From Limisphaerales bacterium (GTDB lineage Bacteria; Verrucomicrobiota; Verrucomicrobiia; Limisphaerales; JAJOIW01), in NCBI GenBank assembly GCA_965657355.1, contig CBFHOE010000011.1, forward strand, positions 43,004-107,003: 64,000 nt of DNA. Direction: 5' to 3'. Made by a program: the position numbers and the translations under genes. Of the stretch, positions 59,914-64,000 are shown piece by piece. Each line of letters starts with the position of its first letter. The first letter of the stretch is position 1. The notes below the pieces were generated by a model, which saw nothing but the letters and a program-made list of their open reading frames with translations, did not search any database and was not told where the DNA came from.

Positions 59914-61209
59914 CTAATCCAGAGGCTTAGGCTGGGCTTTATACCAATCCTCATAACTAACTTTTTTCGTTTTGTGGATATGAAGAAAAACGCCTTTCTT
60001 ATTGCCGACAACAACATCAAACAATCCATCACCATTGATGTCTTTAACCTCCACCTGAGTTCCAACTCCTGAGTCGTCATCAATAAGATGGGGCACAAAA
60101 TCGACACCTTCGTTTGTGCGGTCCACCTTAAACCAATAGAGCACAGCTGGAGCATTGGGCTCAGGATCTCCACCAGGGCCGTGAGCCCAGAACCTTTTCC
60201 CAGTAATAAGGTCTTTTATTCCATCGCCATCCATATCTGCAATGGCCATAGCATGGGGCTGCGAAAAATGAACTCCGTATTTATTTTCTGTCGCCAATTT
60301 GTTGACAAAAATGTGTTCCTTGAATGTTATTTTTCCATTCTTCATTACATTTTCGTAGTAACATAGGCCGTAACCATGGGCTGCAAGGCACGTGAGAACA
60401 TCATTATCGCCATCTCCGTCAACATCGTATGCATACATATGAGAGCTGCCGCCCGGCGCAAAATTAAATTGATGCATTTTCCACGGCCCATTGTCTAATT
60501 CATCAGGCTGCTCCCACCAGCCTTCACGAGCGAGAAGATCCTTCTTGCCATCTCCATCAACATCGCCAACCCCTAGTCCATGAGTAAATCTTTGCCAATT
60601 CCCCTTCTCACTCAGGTTATGCCATATCCATGGGGCCTCGGGATTATCATCATTTCGAGTTGCATATCCAAAATATCCCTTAGAGTTACAGACGAGCTCT
60701 CTTGTTTCGTCACCGACAATATCAACCAGTTGTGGTGATTCATTGTCAGTGACTTCTATGACCACATGCCGGTCCCACAGCTTTTCTTCACCTCGTGGAT
60801 TCTCATACCAGTATGTAGCTTTGCCAGGAAAACCGATAACCATCACATCTGCCCAACCGTCATCATTACAGTCTTCAGTGAAACAAATGAAATTGTCAGC
60901 ATACTCATTTCGATTACCTAATCCTCCAGCAAAACCTCTTATGAGCTCAGTAGAGGTTTTAGACCATTTGATGGTCGAGGATTTTGAATCAGAGTAGATT
61001 TTATGCCTTTTGGTATACTCGGGCCCCTCATACCAATACGGGCCGCTGACAACGTCCATGGCACCGTCGTTATTTATATCACCAACATCTGCGCCTTCAG
61101 CCCAAAATTCTTTGTTCAGGGTAATTTTTTCAAAATAATGAAGAAGTTTTTCTTCCCCCAAAACAGGGAATAATGAAAATAAATATACAAAAAATATGTA
61201 GCGGAACAT
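59914..61209 (-). CDS. Secreted FG-GAP/VCBS repeat (beta-propeller) protein
   Basis: Repeated D.N/D.DG..D loops (DINNDGAMD, DVDGDGKKD, DVDGDGDND, DMDGDGIKD, DINGDGLFD). Confidence 0.88.
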   Translation of the reverse strand: MFRYIFFVYLFSLFPVLGEEKLLHYFEKITLNKEFWAEGADVGDINNDGAMDVVSGPYWYEGPEYTKRHKIYSDSKSSTIKWSKTSTELIRGFAGGLGNRNEYADNFICFTEDCNDDGWADVMVIGFPGKATYWYENPRGEEKLWDRHVVIEVTDNESPQLVDIVGDETRELVCNSKGYFGYATRNDDNPEAPWIWHNLSEKGNWQRFTHGLGVGDVDGDGKKDLLAREGWWEQPDELDNGPWKMHQFNFAPGGSSHMYAYDVDGDGDNDVLTCLAAHGYGLCYYENVMKNGKITFKEHIFVNKLATENKYGVHFSQPHAMAIADMDGDGIKDLITGKRFWAHGPGGDPEPNAPAVLYWFKVDRTNEGVDFVPHLIDDDSGVGTQVEVKDINGDGLFDVVVGNKKGVFLHIHKTKKVSYEDWYKAQPKPLD

Positions 61210-61284
61210 CCTGATATCATCTCACCTTGGACTTAACGGTCAAGACGATATCCTCACGTAGGAGATAAATGAATTTCGAGTTTA

Positions 61285-62238
61285 TTACTCAATCCAATTA
61301 TTTTGTTGGATCCAAAATTTTAAATCGCGAGCCCACGGGTGCGGGTTATCGAATGGAGGCTTATCCTGCAAACCTATTCCATGCCTCCCTTTTTGATAGA
61401 CGTGAATATCAAACGGAACGCCGGCGCTTGTCAGTGCCGAAGCAAATAAGAATGCATTATTTACATGAACTGCTTTGTCTTCTGCTGTATGCCAAATAAA
61501 ACAGGGAGGGGTTTGGGGGGTGACGTGCCTTTCATTTGAAAGTTCCCAAACCAAATTATGGGATGGATTTCTTCCTAGTAAATTATTTTTTGAGCCTTGG
61601 TGGGTCCATACCCCCATGGTTATTACCGGATAACATAAAACACCAAAATCTGGTCGAGATGAAAAGCGCTCAACCGGATCACTTGAACTTCCATCCCCTT
61701 CATCAAAGTGAGTTAAGATTGTACTGGCCAAATGCCCGCCGGCAGAGGAACCAATTACCCCGATTTTGTGATTATCTATTCCCCATTCTTTGCTTCTGGC
61801 TCGAACCAACCGGATGGCCCTCGCTGCATCACCAAGCATAATTGGATGCCGGTAGCCCTTGCTGCCCAGTCGATACTTTAACACGAAAGCTTGGATTCCA
61901 ATTTTATTAAACCATAAAGCATAGTCTTTGCCCTCATGGCTAGCCAATCCTCCATAACCGCCACCAGGAAAGATCACGATAGCCGTGTTGTTTTTATCCC
62001 GTCTCTCGGGAGGTAATGTATATAGAGTAAGTGTAGGAATATCATGATCGGCATTTCCTAAGGCTCCGGGCACATCCCCGCTCCATAATCTTATTTGTTT
62101 CGGACTTCCCGTGTTGTCTTGCCCCATGGCCAATCCCACAACCTGTATAAATAATAATATTAAAAATGATGCGAAACATCCTTTTTTCCGCATAGCAGTC
62201 CCCTTGAAAAAATCGTCAATATAAAGCTTTTGTGACAT
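61285..62238 (-). CDS. Alpha/beta hydrolase (carbohydrate esterase-like)
   Basis: PGGGY, GSSAGGHLA, SRPDF..L.YPVI, TPPCFIWHT.ED.AV, HGIG. Confidence 0.88.
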   Translation of the reverse strand: MSQKLYIDDFFKGTAMRKKGCFASFLILLFIQVVGLAMGQDNTGSPKQIRLWSGDVPGALGNADHDIPTLTLYTLPPERRDKNNTAIVIFPGGGYGGLASHEGKDYALWFNKIGIQAFVLKYRLGSKGYRHPIMLGDAARAIRLVRARSKEWGIDNHKIGVIGSSAGGHLASTILTHFDEGDGSSSDPVERFSSRPDFGVLCYPVITMGVWTHQGSKNNLLGRNPSHNLVWELSNERHVTPQTPPCFIWHTAEDKAVHVNNAFLFASALTSAGVPFDIHVYQKGRHGIGLQDKPPFDNPHPWARDLKFWIQQNNWIE

Positions 62239-62247
62239 ACGATAAGT

Positions 62248-63951
62248 CTATGAGTCATTTCGTATCTCGTCCAGAATCTCATCAATTTTATTTACTTTAC
62301 CTGTAATGGAACGACGGACCTCATCTTTCTCAGCAATTTGAAGAGCTTTGGTATACGCCTGTTTTGCTTTTTGATACTTATTAATGTGCAGATACATGTC
62401 GCCCAAATGCTCATACATAACCGGGTCTGGTTCGTCGACGAACTCAATGGCTTTCAATTGATACCTCAAGGCCTTGTTCAATTTATCCAATTTAAAATAA
62501 ACCCAACCTAAGCTATCGAGATAGGCTGCATTAGAAGGATCTAACGCGACGGCTTGCTCAATGAGTTCTTGGGCTTCAAATAATTTAATTTCATTTTCGG
62601 CCCAAGTATACCCAAGATAATTCATTGCTTCCGCAAAATCTGGCCGAAGTTCTATAGCTTTCCGAAAATAGACCTCGCATCTATCAAGCTTCTTGACTCG
62701 CTCATATGCTATTCCCAATTGAAAATAAAAAAATGGAGTTAATCTCGCAGGCTCCGACTTTTCAGCAACTGACAAAGCCTTCTCATACGCGCTAAGTGCC
62801 TTTTCAAAATTCTCCTCGCGATAATCCAATAGTCCTTCGTAGTAATAAAGTTGAAAAGACGGCTCAAATTTTTCTTTGATCATAGAAATGAGATTCCGAG
62901 CCCGCTCATTTTGTTGGGCGTTAAAATAAGCCGTTAGGAGGTCAAAATAAGATGGTTGAAATTTTGGGGCTTTTTTGACCGATTCTTCAAAATATTTAGC
63001 TGCTTTCTCAAAATCCTGGCTCTCTTGCTCCACATATCCAGCAACCCGATATCCAAACGGATTTAATGGCTCCTGCTCCATTATCTCCCCAGCCAATTGT
63101 TTCGCTTTATCCAAAATCCCGCTCTGTAAATAAAGAAGCGCGAGTCGGGTTTTTACCTGAGGAGGAAGATCCGCCAAATCAATTATTTCCTCATACAGGG
63201 ATATGGCTCTCTTAATACGGCCATTTTCTTCGAATAACTGGGCAAGCTTTGCCTTGTTTTGGGTGGAACTCACTTCACTGCCTCTCAATAAATCTAAAAC
63301 CTGAGAAAGCCAATTGGTGATCTGGGAGCGCTCTCCTTGACCTGATTTTTTATACGAGTGGAGCATCTCCGCCAGTTGTAAATCGGCTATTGGATTTCGA
63401 GATTCCTTAGTTAACACATTCTCCATGAGCTCGGCAATTTCTCCCATTTGGCCAGTTTGAAAATATATCGCCAATACGCTTCTCAAAGCAGATATGGAGT
63501 CCGGGTTCTTCTCCAGAATGGACAGATTTAATTCTAAAGCCTCCTCAAGTTTTTGCCCGGCAATGTAGCTCATTCCGAGAAGTGACTGAATCGAACCCTT
63601 ATCTGGAAAAGCTTCAAGGGCTCTTTCGAGTATGTCTATGGCTTTCTCATGCTGCTTTAAAGAAAGTAAATAAGGTATGACTTGTTCGACCAACACCAAA
63701 TTTGTCGGATCCAGATTTGCGGAATTAGAAAATGCCTCCATCGCTTCTCGCGCCTTCCCATCCATTTGAAATGCCAGACCAGTTGCAAACCAAGCTGCTG
63801 CTTCGGCCTGCTTCTCTTCAGCTTGGCTTAACTGCCCCTCTTTCGGGCTAACCTCGTTAAATTCATCCCCGATAACAACGAAGCCACCCAAGACAATAAA
63901 AATACATGTGAGTTCCCTCACCATTCTTTTCATCCATAAACTATAATCCAT
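62248..63951 (-). CDS. Exported multi-TPR protein
   Basis: N-terminal hydrophobic segment; many TPRs; C-terminal AMNYLGYTWAE..AYLDSLGWVYFK..EHLGD. Confidence 0.88.
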   Translation of the reverse strand: MDYSLWMKRMVRELTCIFIVLGGFVVIGDEFNEVSPKEGQLSQAEEKQAEAAAWFATGLAFQMDGKAREAMEAFSNSANLDPTNLVLVEQVIPYLLSLKQHEKAIDILERALEAFPDKGSIQSLLGMSYIAGQKLEEALELNLSILEKNPDSISALRSVLAIYFQTGQMGEIAELMENVLTKESRNPIADLQLAEMLHSYKKSGQGERSQITNWLSQVLDLLRGSEVSSTQNKAKLAQLFEENGRIKRAISLYEEIIDLADLPPQVKTRLALLYLQSGILDKAKQLAGEIMEQEPLNPFGYRVAGYVEQESQDFEKAAKYFEESVKKAPKFQPSYFDLLTAYFNAQQNERARNLISMIKEKFEPSFQLYYYEGLLDYREENFEKALSAYEKALSVAEKSEPARLTPFFYFQLGIAYERVKKLDRCEVYFRKAIELRPDFAEAMNYLGYTWAENEIKLFEAQELIEQAVALDPSNAAYLDSLGWVYFKLDKLNKALRYQLKAIEFVDEPDPVMYEHLGDMYLHINKYQKAKQAYTKALQIAEKDEVRRSITGKVNKIDEILDEIRNDS

Positions 63952-64000
63952 TACTAAACATTTCCAAATAAGTAATATAACAGTTATGTGTCTGGCATAT

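Noticed and set aside
1..64000. CRISPR arrays, tRNA/rRNA genes, IS elements, prophage
   Set aside because: No regularly spaced direct repeats, cloverleaf or rRNA-like segments, transposase/integrase ORFs or phage genes recognised by eye; a covariance-model scan would be needed to exclude small RNAs

Overview
Gene-dense, AT-rich bacterial chromosomal segment with about 50 CDSs. I found no rRNA, tRNA, CRISPR array, transposase, integrase or phage gene. The gene content (DUF1501 plus DUF1549/DUF1553, several DUF1080 and Gfo/Idh/MocA proteins, a sulfatase, a MoxR-DUF58-DUF4159 operon, many TPR proteins) points by inference to the PVC superphylum, most likely Verrucomicrobiota. Housekeeping genes: nadC-birA-coaX, trpA, sufE, pyrE, a UbiD/MqnL decarboxylase, infA, dacB, kdsD/kpsF, a stand-alone fusA and dnaE. 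They are interleaved with carbohydrate-processing and secreted-protein genes. Strongest leads: (1) a C-terminal module (x[YW]xLxxSxD[LI]..W....F[YF]x[LI]) shared by two unrelated secreted proteins, a candidate export or sorting signal; (2) a beta-CASP ribonuclease directly downstream of a large Arg/Gly-rich, partly disordered protein with a split winged-helix-like motif, a possible RNA-processing module; (3) a divergent IF-1 paralog in tandem with infA; (4) a secreted caspase/legumain-fold protease with an EF-hand-like loop; (5) a 1361-aa modular polysaccharide deacetylase; (6) components of the oxidative 3-keto-glycoside cleavage route; (7) perfect zero-loop palindromes after both DUF1080 genes. 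All family calls come from motif recognition by eye, not database searches.
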